A stretch of 60,600 bases of DNA, the filler included, from Hausera hauseri (lineage: Eukaryota): assembly GCA_046269625.1 (NCBI GenBank). It is 11 parts of 11 records of this genome, joined end to end, with 100 filler letters (N's around TTAATTAATTAA, not from the genome) between each part and the next. Parts side by side here need not be neighbours in the genome. Positions count along the whole stretch, not along the records: positions 44,537 to 50,020 come from JBJURY010244960.1; positions 50,121 to 54,635 come from JBJURY010546009.1; positions 54,736 to 60,600 come from JBJURY010177638.1; 8 more parts are not named here. One strand, 5' to 3'. The notes under the pieces are model-generated. The model was given only the letters and a program-made list of their open reading frames with translations, made no database searches and had not been told where the DNA came from. Below are positions 49,740 through 60,600 of this stretch, piece by piece. The position numbers and the translations under genes are program-made. How positions within the stretch are numbered: the stretch's first letter is position 1; each line of letters starts with the position of its first letter.

Positions 49740-50020
49740 CTTTGCATCTACATCTTTTATCTTCCAGCTTATTGAATAATGCAGTATTGAATGTTGTTGT
49801 GCCTCTGCGTAGTGATGACCTCCATGTTGAGTGATTCGCTGCAAGTTTTTCCCAGTTACTAACTTAAATGTGAAAGTCCTCCACTGATGATTTACGAACA
49901 TCTTTATATCTCATCTTTGGTCTCCCTCTTGCCCTTGCCCACTCTGACAATTCACCTAATAAAATCTGTCTGGGAATGCAGCTGTCCCTCATTCTGCTAA
50001 TGTCCCAGCCATCTAAGTCT
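49740..50020 (-). mobile_element. RTE-like LINE ORF2 C-terminal fragment
   Basis: IPRQILLGELSEWARARGRPKMRYKD. Confidence 0.7.
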
Positions 50021-50414
50021 NNNNNNNNNNNNNNNNNNNNNNNNNNNNNNNNNNNNNNNNNNNNTTAATTAATTAANNNNNNNNNNNNNNNNNNNNNNNN
50101 NNNNNNNNNNNNNNNNNNNNAGGTAAAATAAAACCAGACGAGCAAAGAACTGGATTAATGCCAGATACTTTTTAAATGTTTGGTCTTTGGTTATAAAAGC
50201 TGCAGAAAGACGACGGCTGGATTAATTCATGTCTGAAGCCAACAATAAAACAAGAATTGTTTTTCTGTTCAGTCAAATGAACTAAAGCTGATGAGCTCGA
50301 CCTGAACATCCAGAGAAAACTAATCGGTTCCAGATGTTTAGGGACGTCCAGCTGCTTCTTTCTTTCGGGGTCACTGGTGCCCAGACCACTGCGAGGTGGG
50401 GACACCTGGACAGG

Positions 50415-50530
50415 TCTCAGCCTAACGTGCATGTTTTCAGTCTGTGGGAGGAAACCCACGCATGCACGGAGAGAACATGCACACCACCCAGAAAGGCCCC
50501 CGGAGCTAGGATTTGAACCAGCAACCTAAA
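50415..50530 (+). mobile_element. Teleost-type SINE fragment
   Basis: gcatgttttcagtctgtgggaggaaacccacgcatgcacggagagaacatgca..cagaaaggccc..ggatttgaacc resembles widespread fish SINE sequence. Confidence 0.65.
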
Positions 50531-51312
50531 GGTTTGGAACTAAACCCACAAACTGGAATTGAAAACCAGAGACTATAAAACTTTTCCAGTTTAGATTGCT
50601 CCTAGAAACAGAAACCATTTTTAGATCTTTCATAAAAACAGTTTTTCTTGTTAGTTCTTTATTCCAACCTGTGAGGTCACAGATGTCTCGTACGGGAGTC
50701 GAACAGGGCGTCGTTTATCTGAAGTCATATTTATTTTAATAAGTTTTGTCTCGACTTACCTGAGTTGAGGATGAAAGCCGTCTGAGAAATAATATAAACC
50801 ACAAACTGAATCAAAACATCATTTCTGTATCTTTATTATAACTAACAATTTATTATCTCTTAAAACATTTGAAATTCATATATATTCCATATGAACGAGT
50901 GTATACGTGTTCCACATATACATAAATAATCTGCAGGTTACCTTCAGTTCAGATTCTGTTTGTTTAAAAGATCTCTTAAAGGAAAAACGTTTTCTATAAA
51001 GTCGAACCAGTTCGTCACGTTTTCTGCTCGTTTTAAACACCTTTAAAAACCAGGAAGTTGAGGAACGTGGCCCATTCACACTGAGACGTCACAACACGTT
51101 GATAATCTGCTGCTTCCCTGCAGGATGACCGGTCTGAATGTATAGAAAGATTTAAATACTTTTCATGATAAACATTCTTTAGAACTTTTTAGATTTTTTT
51201 TTTACATCTTAAACCACGTTTAATAATTTTCATCGTCCTTATTGCTATTTCCTTTGAATTCTGCTCAGACCTTCAGCTCGAAGCAGAAAATCAGAAAATT
51301 CACGTGAAGTTT

Positions 51313-52245
51313 CAGTGTGTTACAGAGTGTGATAAAGTTTGTGTTACAGAATGTGATAGTGTGTGTTACAGAGTGTGTTACAGAGTGTGTTACAGAGTAC
51401 GATACAGAGTGTTTTACAGAGTATGATACAGAGTGTGATACACACTGTGTTAGTATGATACAGTGTGTGTTACAGAGTGTGATACAGTTTGTGTTACAGA
51501 GTGTGATAGAGTTTGTGTTACAGAGTGTGATACAATGTGTGTTACTGAGTGTGAAACAAAGTGTGTTACAGAGTGTGAAACAGTGTGTGTTACAGAGTGT
51601 GATACAAAGTGTGTTACAGTGTGTGATACAGTTTGTGTTACAGAGTGTGATACAGTGTGATACACACTGTTACTATGATACAGTGTGTGTTACAGAGTGT
51701 GTTACAGTGTGTGATACAGTTTATGTTACAGAGTGTGATACAAAGTGTGTTACAGTGTGTGATACAGTGTGTGTTAGAGTGTGATACAACTTGTGTTACA
51801 GAGTGTGATAGAGTTTGTGTTAGTGTGATACAGTTTGTGTTACAGAGTGTTACAGAGTATGATACAATGTGTGTTACAGAGTATGATACAATTTGTGTTA
51901 CAGTGTGATACAATGTGTGTTACAGAGTGTGCTACAGTTTGTTTTAGAGACTGTGATACAGTGTTACAGAGTGTGATAGTGTGTGTGTTAGTGTGTTACA
52001 GAGTGTAATACAGAGTGTGTTACAAAGAGTGCTACAGTGTGTGTTACAGTGTGTTACAGAGTGTGATACAGTGTGTGATACAGCGTGTGTTACAAGAGTG
52101 TGTTACAGAGTATGATACAGTGTGTGTTACAGTGTGACACAGAGTATGATACAGTGTGTGTTACAAAGTGTGATACAGACTGAGTTACAATGTGTGATAT
52201 GGTTTGTGTTACAGAGTGTGATGCAGAGTGTGTTACAATGTGAGG
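51313..52245. repeat. Minisatellite built from gtgttacaga / gtgtgataca units
   Basis: Directly visible about 24-bp imperfect tandem array. Confidence 0.95.
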
Positions 52246-52254
52246 TAATTTTTT

Positions 52255-52520
52255 TTTTTTCATTTACCCTTTATTTATCCAGGTAGTCTCATTGAGCCAC
52301 GAGAACTCATTTTCAAGAGAGACCTGTTAGGGAGCAGATGGTGGGGGTTAAGGGCCTTGCTCAGGGGCCCAGAGTTGGGTGAATGAGGGTGGAGGCAGGT
52401 GTGGGTGTTTCACTTTTTTCCACCCACATTTTTTGATGTTGTCGATACCGGGGCTTAAACCGGCGATCTTCCGATCACAGGCCCACCGTTTCTAACCACT
52501 GCACCACCACTCCCCCAATT
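52255..52520. mobile_element. Second fish-type SINE-like repeat
   Basis: Poly-T end, ggggttaagggccttgctcagggg and ctaaccactgcaccacc motifs. Confidence 0.55.
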
Positions 52521-53890
52521 ATTATAGTTATGTGAGTCACTAGTCATTTTTTCTGGTTCTGGTTCCTTTAGTTGCACAAAATAGGTCAGCAGAGTGTTTC
52601 ATTTTAACCTTTAGCAGTGTTGTGTGTATCTTTAAATTCAAACTCCCTGAAGAAATAATTACACCAGAGCAGCTTCATGATAATTCCTCCTGCACTTAAA
52701 TCATGCCAGAACTTGCCAGGTAAGTGACTACAGGTGTGTTCTGCAGCACTGCCCGTAATCACAGGTGGAAGGACAGCGGTTAGACTTCACAACACGAAGA
52801 AACAAGAACTAAAATGACAGCAAGGACAGAACATGTCTGAGGTGAAAGAAATGTTGTTTAAATAGCTACAAATGAACAACAGCATTTTGCACTTTTAACT
52901 TTTTATATGGAATTTTAAAATGGTAATTAAAAACAAATTTATTGTCAGTGTTAGAAACAAAGCAGAGTTTATTCAGGTCTAAATATTGGTAGTTAAAGTT
53001 TAAACATTTTAAAATGTCTCTCAAGAGGAACAGCTTCTACCATGAAATCCCTAATCAGGATTATCGTTGTGAGAAATTAAAAAAATCTGTAATGCCACTT
53101 TGATTGGTGGTATGTGCTGCTGATCTCATGCTGCTGATTATCTTATGCTGCTGTATTCATTTATACCCATCTGCTCACACAGACAGAGTTCACACAGTTC
53201 GTGCTGCTGTTATGCCATATTATCTTGCATTATTAGTGTTAAGCGTATATCTTAGTTTATAGTTTATATCCTTATACTGTATACCATTTCTTTTTACACT
53301 TTATATTTTTGCTATTGTTGGATATAACTGTGTACATAATTTTGTTCCACCACATGTACTATGTGGTGAAAAGACAATAAACCAGTTCAATAAACTTGAG
53401 GTTAAAAAATGTATATTACAGTATTACATATGGTGAATTACCACAAAAATCAAGAAACTGTTGCTTCCATTTTTGCCATTTTAATTACAAAGTATATTCT
53501 TTAAGTATTTTATATTCTTTATGTATTTTATATTTCAATTTATTCCTGTTGATCTTTGCATTGTGCTTGTTGTTTGCTTTTACACAATCTCTCTGATATG
53601 TTTCTTGCTGTAAAGTGTCCTTGGGTGTCCTGAAAGGTGCTTTTTAAATAAAATGATTATTATTACTATTATCATCCAGTGTCTTCAGTTGAAACAGAGA
53701 GACATGAAGAAAAGATAAACCTGTTAAATGAAAATGAGGTTGATAATTTTCATTTATCATGCGATTAACTGATTTAGTGTTTATTGAAACAGGCCTATGT
53801 TTCAGTGGTATTAATGTGTCTACATATTACCCAGAACAAATGTTAAAACCTCAGGGCTGCAAACCTCATCCCATCCAAACCTATATCTCA

Positions 53891-54040
<150 letters not shown>

Positions 54041-54129
54041 TTAACTTTCAAATCAGATCTTTGAGCCAAAGTGCAGATGAAAAAAAGAAATGTCAAAGCT
54101 GTCACCATTCCACACAAAATGCCTACCAA

Positions 54130-54450
54130 CAATTCAGAGTATTCCGGCCACAGACGTTAGTAACAAGGAACTCTTGAGAGAAGCGAAAACGAAGATTTAG
54201 ACACAGTGATTAGAAAAAAAGTGATGGAAATGGATCGGATATGTCCTCAGGAAGGATCCAGAGGACATTACCAGGACCGCACCGTGCTAGACACCAAAGG
54301 GAAAGATAAAAAGAGAGAAACCAAAGATAACCTGGCTTAGAACATTAGACGCTACACAGCAATGAGGCTGGCTGCAGATCGAGATAAGTGGAGTGCATAT
54401 GTTGCTGCTCCGTGAGACACCTTAGGTCATGGTGGATGATGAATGCTTTG
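54130..54450 (+). mobile_element. Decayed RTE-like LINE 3' fragment
   Basis: WKWIGYVLRKDPEDITR..PKGK-like peptide followed by a gatgat-type tail. Confidence 0.55.
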
Positions 54451-55099
54451 AAGGTCTTCATTCAGAGATGATGATGATTATAAAGATAACTCTATTTCGC
54501 AGTGTTTGTTACATATTAACATAGCTAGAAACCATCGACCACATCGAATGTGAACAATTAGTCTTATGAGTCAAGTGAGAGAATGGCTAATCAGGGCAAT
54601 CCTGGCTCGCAGGACCCTCCCACAGGTTGGACATGNNNNNNNNNNNNNNNNNNNNNNNNNNNNNNNNNNNNNNNNNNNNTTAATTAATTAANNNNNNNNN
54701 NNNNNNNNNNNNNNNNNNNNNNNNNNNNNNNNNNNATTTCACAATCGACGATATTATATAATTAATCATAGAAAAACCGTCTCGTATAAATCTCGAAAAG
54801 GCGATATTGCTCCTAATATCGGAGACACTTAATAAAGCTGAATTAAAAGCCACAATCGGAAAAATAATTCTTGCTAGTAAAGCGATAATTCCGCAATATG
54901 GAAAATGGAGTGATCTATTTCTACAAAACGAAAATGAAAAGCTACTCGAGACAGAACCCACAAATGTAGAAAAAGCTATTCTGGAAATCACTCAAAATGT
55001 ATCTCAAGAAGAAATTATTCCCGTATTCATGGAGAAAATGACGGACCTATTACAGGAAGGAATCCAAAAAGTGATTATATAAAGTCCAATGGAATATTC

Positions 55100-58042
55100 G
55101 TGAAACTTATGTTACTCTTATTAATGTTATTTTTAAATTTTAAGAAGACTGGCACAATATTGGCTTATGATTGCAACAAAATATACAAAGGTAGCTACTA
55201 CTCATTGACGGATTTACAATCATGCCCAGATGCTCTTCCGAAAAAATTAGAGACTCAAACGCAGACTTTATATATTTATTATGATAAAACTATGCTACAC
55301 TTAGAGGGATTGGAATGCTCCCTACGTGCATCTCGTACTATATCTCATTGCGATCACTTACACCACGACACTTACATTAAGCCAACTACCGTACCTAAAT
55401 ATGTGTCAATAAATGCTACATATTGTAGAGATGCAGAAGAAACTCAACAGTTAAAATGGGGAGACATCTTATTGACCTCTACAAAAGCGCAAGTAACCCA
55501 ACAAGAGAAATGGATTGCTGGTTACAAAGTGAAAAAGAAAACTGTGGCGGAGGAAATTTTGATACCGGAAAAGGTACCAAGGCAAGCATAGTAGTGCATG
55601 ACCAATACGAGGTCGAAAATTAAGGATAATACCTATATTTTCGAGACTAGTACAAATTTAATGGTAAACGCATCCTTTTGTAAGTTGCAAATGGGACACT
55701 GTCATACTAGAACATCCAAAATAGTGTGGACACCTCCCACAAGTTATGATTGTACATTAGTACAAAGCAGAAAAGGAGAATTCAATGTTACTATCGGAAA
55801 ACGCTATGCTCGTCATTATGAGACTAATTGTGAGCATACCAATATTCAAGTTATTCCGGAAATGAAAACTCCTAAAATTGTGATATCTAAGGACATCAAA
55901 GGAGGAGTCAAATTTATACAACAAGATGTGATCACAAAATGCGGACAACAAGTATATAATACTAATTACGATAATTACTTCATATCAGAAAGAGACATCA
56001 TAGGTGCGGATAATGCTGCCACTAATAAAGCTCAGCTAGTGAACATTGTTGATTACATCGCAAACCGTGATGATTTTTTGTTTTACCTAACTCACAAATC
56101 CATTGAAGAAATATACTCTGAGACCATTCAGAACTTTTTTAGAGTGAATTTCGAAACCTTGAGAAACCGTTTGGCCATTAATGCATCTAACCCCGAAATG
56201 ATCACAATAACTCTACCGTTCAGCGAAGGAATTCAGGGCATAGTTTTAGGAGAACTTCTATACACATACAAATGTAAACGATTAGACCTACCCCTGATTA
56301 CTGGTACTCCCTGCTATTCTGAGATACTTGTTAAGTATAATGAAGAAATACAACATGTTCATCCGATTACCCGAGTACTTCTGGCACCACATACAATACT
56401 CACGGAAATTGAGAATTGTTCAGCACTGAATAAACCATTTATCAATTACGACAATAAGGACCTTTGGGTTAGATTACCGGATTGTGAAATGGTTAAAGAA
56501 AGACCTAATAAATTAACGATGGCAAATTTGAGTATTGCAATTAAAACCAATATGTTTACGGACGTGTCTAAATCCGCATTATACAGCAAAAAAGAAATTG
56601 ATTCATTCGTGAAGTTTCTAGCATATCCTGGACAGAGAGAGCAAATAGTAAATCGCGGAATACACCGAGTAATCGACGACACAGCTGGAGAAGAAAAATG
56701 GGACAGGTTATGGACGCCTGACGCTTATACTAAAATAGTTTCAAATCTGTGGTGTAAAATGTGGGGTGGATTCCTGAAATTCGGCCAAGTAGCCTCTGGG
56801 TTTCTGGCCATATACTTTATCATACAGACTTTGAAAGTCTGTATCAATTTCGTATTAAATGCCCATGAGATTTACAACTTAACGGGACAATCTCTAAGCA
56901 TAATAGGTGCTGTATTTTTCCCACTTGGTAAATTCATTAAAGCTTGCCATGAGAAACAATGGTTAGGTAAACTAGAAAAACATATTCATTATAAATCAAA
57001 GAAGCCTTTTCGAAAGGATACCCTGTCAAGTTCCGATAACGACAACGTCCCTGGATATTATACTACCACAGGGATTACAAAAGATACGAAAGGAAAATTC
57101 AGGTTTATGAAACCAAAGGAGAAAAATAGACCTAAATCACTTGTTGCGCCATATGAGAATAAAACAGTTCCCATTTGCATATTACCAATATTAACAGACC
57201 TAAAGGATCCGTATGGAAAAATGGAGGAGTATATAAAATTACGTAATTTACCAAAATATTCCCAGGTAGAGATACGTCAATCCATTATCACGCGAAACAT
57301 GGAAAACAACTGTGTAACATTACATACATCACCTAAGTTAGGTATACTGCCACCTATACCTTATCACCAAACAACCCGATTAATGAAAAATCAAGTAGAT
57401 GGAGAATCCAATTTAACGACCTCACAATCCGCTAGTAAGCAAAACACAACATTACAACGTGTAAGTTGCTACCCAGACTTGACTGAACTCAAAGAGGAAG
57501 TGAAAGGAGTGGACAACTATACTCAATCTTTGGAAAGTTTAGCGGTTATATTATCAAGCGGCACTACCCGATATTGTTCAGCTAGTTACAGCTTGATGGA
57601 ACCACATATAGATAATCATAACGATGTATTAACGTTTCTCAAGCTGTTATGGGATAATCGACCACACACAACAGTTCACTTTGATAGTTTTGACATGAAT
57701 GCCATGGTCGACATCGGAGCTAACGTTGCATTAATAGGAAAACATGCGATTCCGGAAGACTTACAACCTCAGATAAAATTGACTACTGAAGATTCGCCTT
57801 GTACGACGTCTGCCTTCCAACAGTGCAGCAAGCCTTATGGATATTGGAAATGTGAACCGTGGATTGGCGGACAAAGAATTAAAATAACTTTTGATGTAAT
57901 GACTACCTTAGATCCAAGATGTATTTTAGGTATGAACGTGTTACGAAAACTAGAAGGTGTTCACATAAATTTACAATCGGGATCAATTTGTCCAAATAAC
58001 CAAGATATCCCCTTAAATACAACAAAGCAGTCATTTGGGTAG
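55100..58042 (+). pseudogene. Chuvirus-like glycoprotein in frame with the aspartic protease (frame damage near 55530-55620)
   Basis: LMLLLLMLFLNFKKTGTILAYDC..SLTDLQSC..ECSLRASRTISHC; TM WGGFLKFGQVASGFLAIYFII; the same 814-aa ORF contains AMVDIGANVALI (57710) and ILGMNVL. Confidence 0.85.
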
Positions 58043-58470
58043 GACGTGTTGAGAAAATACCACCAAATTCCTGGATTGTTATACATTCACGGACGGTATA
58101 CCCAGACAATAGTGTAATTGAGTTTATATCAAAAACTCTTCGAAATGGACTTATATTACTACATTATTGTATTAAGGTAATTGGAGGAACGGTTTCAGTA
58201 GAAGTTTTAAACACCACTCCAAGATGTGTCACGATATTCACTAAAATAAAAATTGGACAATCCCTTGAAACTACACGCCACGAGAAATACGACAACAAAG
58301 TTGCGATCATCTCTACAGCGGAACAAAAAAATGTTGAAGACACACTTAATGTCGTTCTTGCTAAAGCCAAGAAAATGTTATCAGATGAATTTCTAGGGAA
58401 TTTCTCAGATCTCATTTATTAGTACCTTGATATTTTTGCAAAAAACGAAACGAATGTCGGACGAACAGAT

Positions 58471-59370
58471 TTGATCGAATTCCGATTATCATTTATTGTC
58501 GATCCCACAACCGAAAAAGAGGTAGATTTATTACGACAACCAATACCAAAATGGTATCCTCCTCCAAAAGCACTCCAAAGGGAAGTTGAGGTACAAATTC
58601 AATCAGTGCTCGATAAAGGTATTATAGAACCAAGTCAATCACCATGGCCCTCTCTCATAGTTATGGCCAAGAAAGCTAATACGACTAAATACCGCCTGTG
58701 CGTAAATTACGTTACCTTAAATAAACACCTTATGAATCACGCTTATCCAATCCCTCGAATACGAGACATCATTGATGAACTAAAAGATTGTAAATATTTC
58801 ACCACATTAGACTTGCAAAGTGGATTTTGGCAAATCCCCGTTGCCGAAGAGGATCGGTGGAAAACTGCATTCAAAACCCATACGGGAATCTATCAATTCA
58901 CACGCATGCCATTTGGTTTAAAGACGGCACCCACTTTCGTCCAAGAATTTATTCATTTAGTACTAAAAGGAGTGCGGGGGCTATCGTACATTAACGACAT
59001 CCTCATAGCCTCCAAGACATGGTCTGCACATTTAGTGGAATTAAAGAAATATTTGATTGGATCAGACTTGCTAAATTGAAATTAAACCCAAAAAATGCGA
59101 ATGGTGTAAGAAGGAAGTTAGATACCTGAAATTGGTGGTTTCCAGTAAAGGGATATCGACCAGCCCCGATTTAGTAGCTAAAATATTGGGATACCCCCTC
59201 CTAGCACCTTGCATGAAATGAAAGCCTGGTTAGGATTGGGAGGATTTTATGCTACTTTCATACCCGACTTTGCTGAAAATAACCAACCGCAATACAAGTT
59301 ATTAAGAAAGGACCAAAAATGGGAATGGACTGATGAGAACTAGAATGCCTTTGACGAGATAAAAAGACGA
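58471..59370 (+). pseudogene. Reverse transcriptase (Ty3/Gypsy)
   Basis: YRLCVNY..LN, LDLQSGFWQI, KTAF, MPFGLKTAP, YIND (mutated YxDD). Confidence 0.92.
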
Positions 59371-59735
59371 ATGGTGTCAGCACCGATATTGAGATACACA
59401 GATTTTTCGTTACCATTTATTCTGAAAACCGACGCTAGCATCAAAGCTATTATGGTCACCTATGGAGGACGAAGTTTAAATAAAGCTGAACGGAAATACT
59501 CAACCACTGAACTAGAGCTCTTAGCAATTCGAGATGGACTACGATATTATGAGTATTATGTTTATGGCCATAAAGTCATAGTATATACTGATCAAAAAGC
59601 ACTGTTGTCTTTACGTTCCGACAACAGACACGTATCAAGTCGACTGCAAAGATGGAAATTCGAACTTCTGAATTATGACCTTGAATACTGATATTGCCCA
59701 GATAAAGAGAATGTGGATGCAGATGCGCTTTCAAG
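59371..59735 (+). pseudogene. RNase H (Ty3/Gypsy)
   Basis: ILKTDAS, YSTTELELLAI, VYTDQKAL, RLQRW, NVDADALSR. Confidence 0.9.
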
Positions 59736-59976
59736 AATACCATACGCAAGAAGGGTAGCCGCGGTTCATAAACAATTAAATAGCAGAAACGACAAACTAC
59801 TGAATGAGAAAATTATAAACGATGTGTTACAAGAACAATGACAAATTCAAGGACGAAATATCAACACTACAAAACCAAGATCCCTTTATTGTTCAAATCA
59901 AACAATTAATCAACGGGCAGTTAGTTAACCCGATACCAAATCATATTCAAAAGTTTTATAAAAAAAACGAGTAAAT

Positions 59977-60600
59977 TTGGAAATTGAAAATGGGATTTTA
60001 CACATAAAAGCCGGAGAACGGAAACTGATAATTGTACCTACATTGGCCATCAATGCTGTTATGCTACAGGAGCATGATTCACACTTATCTGGACATCCGT
60101 CTTTGAACAAGACTTTGAAGCGTATAACTGCAAAGTATTATTGGCCTCAAATGAATAAACCTATTGAAGGATGGGTCCGTTTATGTAAAATGTGTGCTAC
60201 AAGAAAAGATAGAGGATTTCGGACAAAACCATTTCTAGGAAGTTTACCTGAAGCACGAAAGCTAATGGAAGTGTGTTCAATGGATATTGCCGGACCTTTC
60301 CCAGTTTCTGACTCAGGATACAAATACATTTTGTCATTTGTTGATTATTTATCGCGCTACGTCGTATTAGTACCATTAAAAAACATGACTAGTAGCACAG
60401 TTGCGGAAGCCATTTCTATGAAATATCCTACTTCATTAGCGAATTCTTTGAAAAAGTGTCAAAAATACTCCAATATAAACACCTGTTAACGACATCCTAC
60501 TATCCACAATGCAACGGTATGGTCGAATGGATGAATCGAACTGTTCAGGGCATACTTTCTACAAAGGTAGCACAAGATCAGAATGATTGGCATAATAACA
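59977..60600 (+). pseudogene. Integrase (HHCC + core), truncated by the window end
   Basis: HDSHLSGH..YYWPQM..CKMC..MDIAGP..VDYLSRY..YYPQCNGMVE. Confidence 0.9.

Larger units (their letters stand above)
54736..60600 (+). mobile_element. Family A element copy 2: upstream ORF, signal peptide, chuvirus-like glycoprotein, TM, linker, PR, RT, RNase H, integrase
   Basis: See component features; PR-RT-RH-IN domain order is Ty3/Gypsy. Confidence 0.9.

Noticed and set aside
51313-52245. CRISPR-like array or repetitive Cys-rich proteins (CVTECDT ORFs)
   Set aside because: No unique spacers and no cas genes; a simple minisatellite giving open frames by chance
55100-57000. Endogenous chuvirus genome
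   Set aside because: No L polymerase or nucleoprotein nearby; G is embedded in a Gypsy pol context in both copies
58030-58045. Programmed frameshift or readthrough after the protease
   Set aside because: The other copy reads through this region in one frame (ELWIPVDKDIPP), so it is more simply a mutation

Overview
This is not one locus. It is 11 short (about 4.3-6.6 kb) eukaryotic contigs joined by artificial 100-bp spacers (N44-TTAATTAATTAA-N44). Most contigs are AT-rich animal DNA, with fragments of axonemal dynein, TDRD9/spindle-E, TMEM131, PMCA and Rab7. One contig (50121-54635) looks like teleost fish DNA. The window is dominated by decayed Ty3/Gypsy (Metaviridae-like) retroelements of three kinds. 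(A) A large enveloped-looking family: in two diverged copies a chuvirus-like glycoprotein with its own signal peptide and TM anchor lies directly upstream of PR-RT(-RH-IN), and in one copy it is still in frame with the protease. A ubiquitin-like domain lies further upstream. Two other contigs show a Gypsy 3' region that may belong to family A: integrase, then in frame a second FN3-like type I membrane protein, a conserved UGA-CAA-UUA plus stem-loop (candidate readthrough signal), and a long ORF ending in a RING finger. (B) A conventional Gag (four CCHC)-PR-RT family. (C) A CsRN1-like (CHCC Gag) family whose Gag carries an N-terminal ubiquitin-like domain ending in RGG. It occurs in three copies; one sits on a contig with an exact 74-bp terminal overlap, and two lie next to co-oriented host-gene fragments. 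All copies carry stops or frameshifts. Family assignments come from motif recognition by eye, with no database searches.
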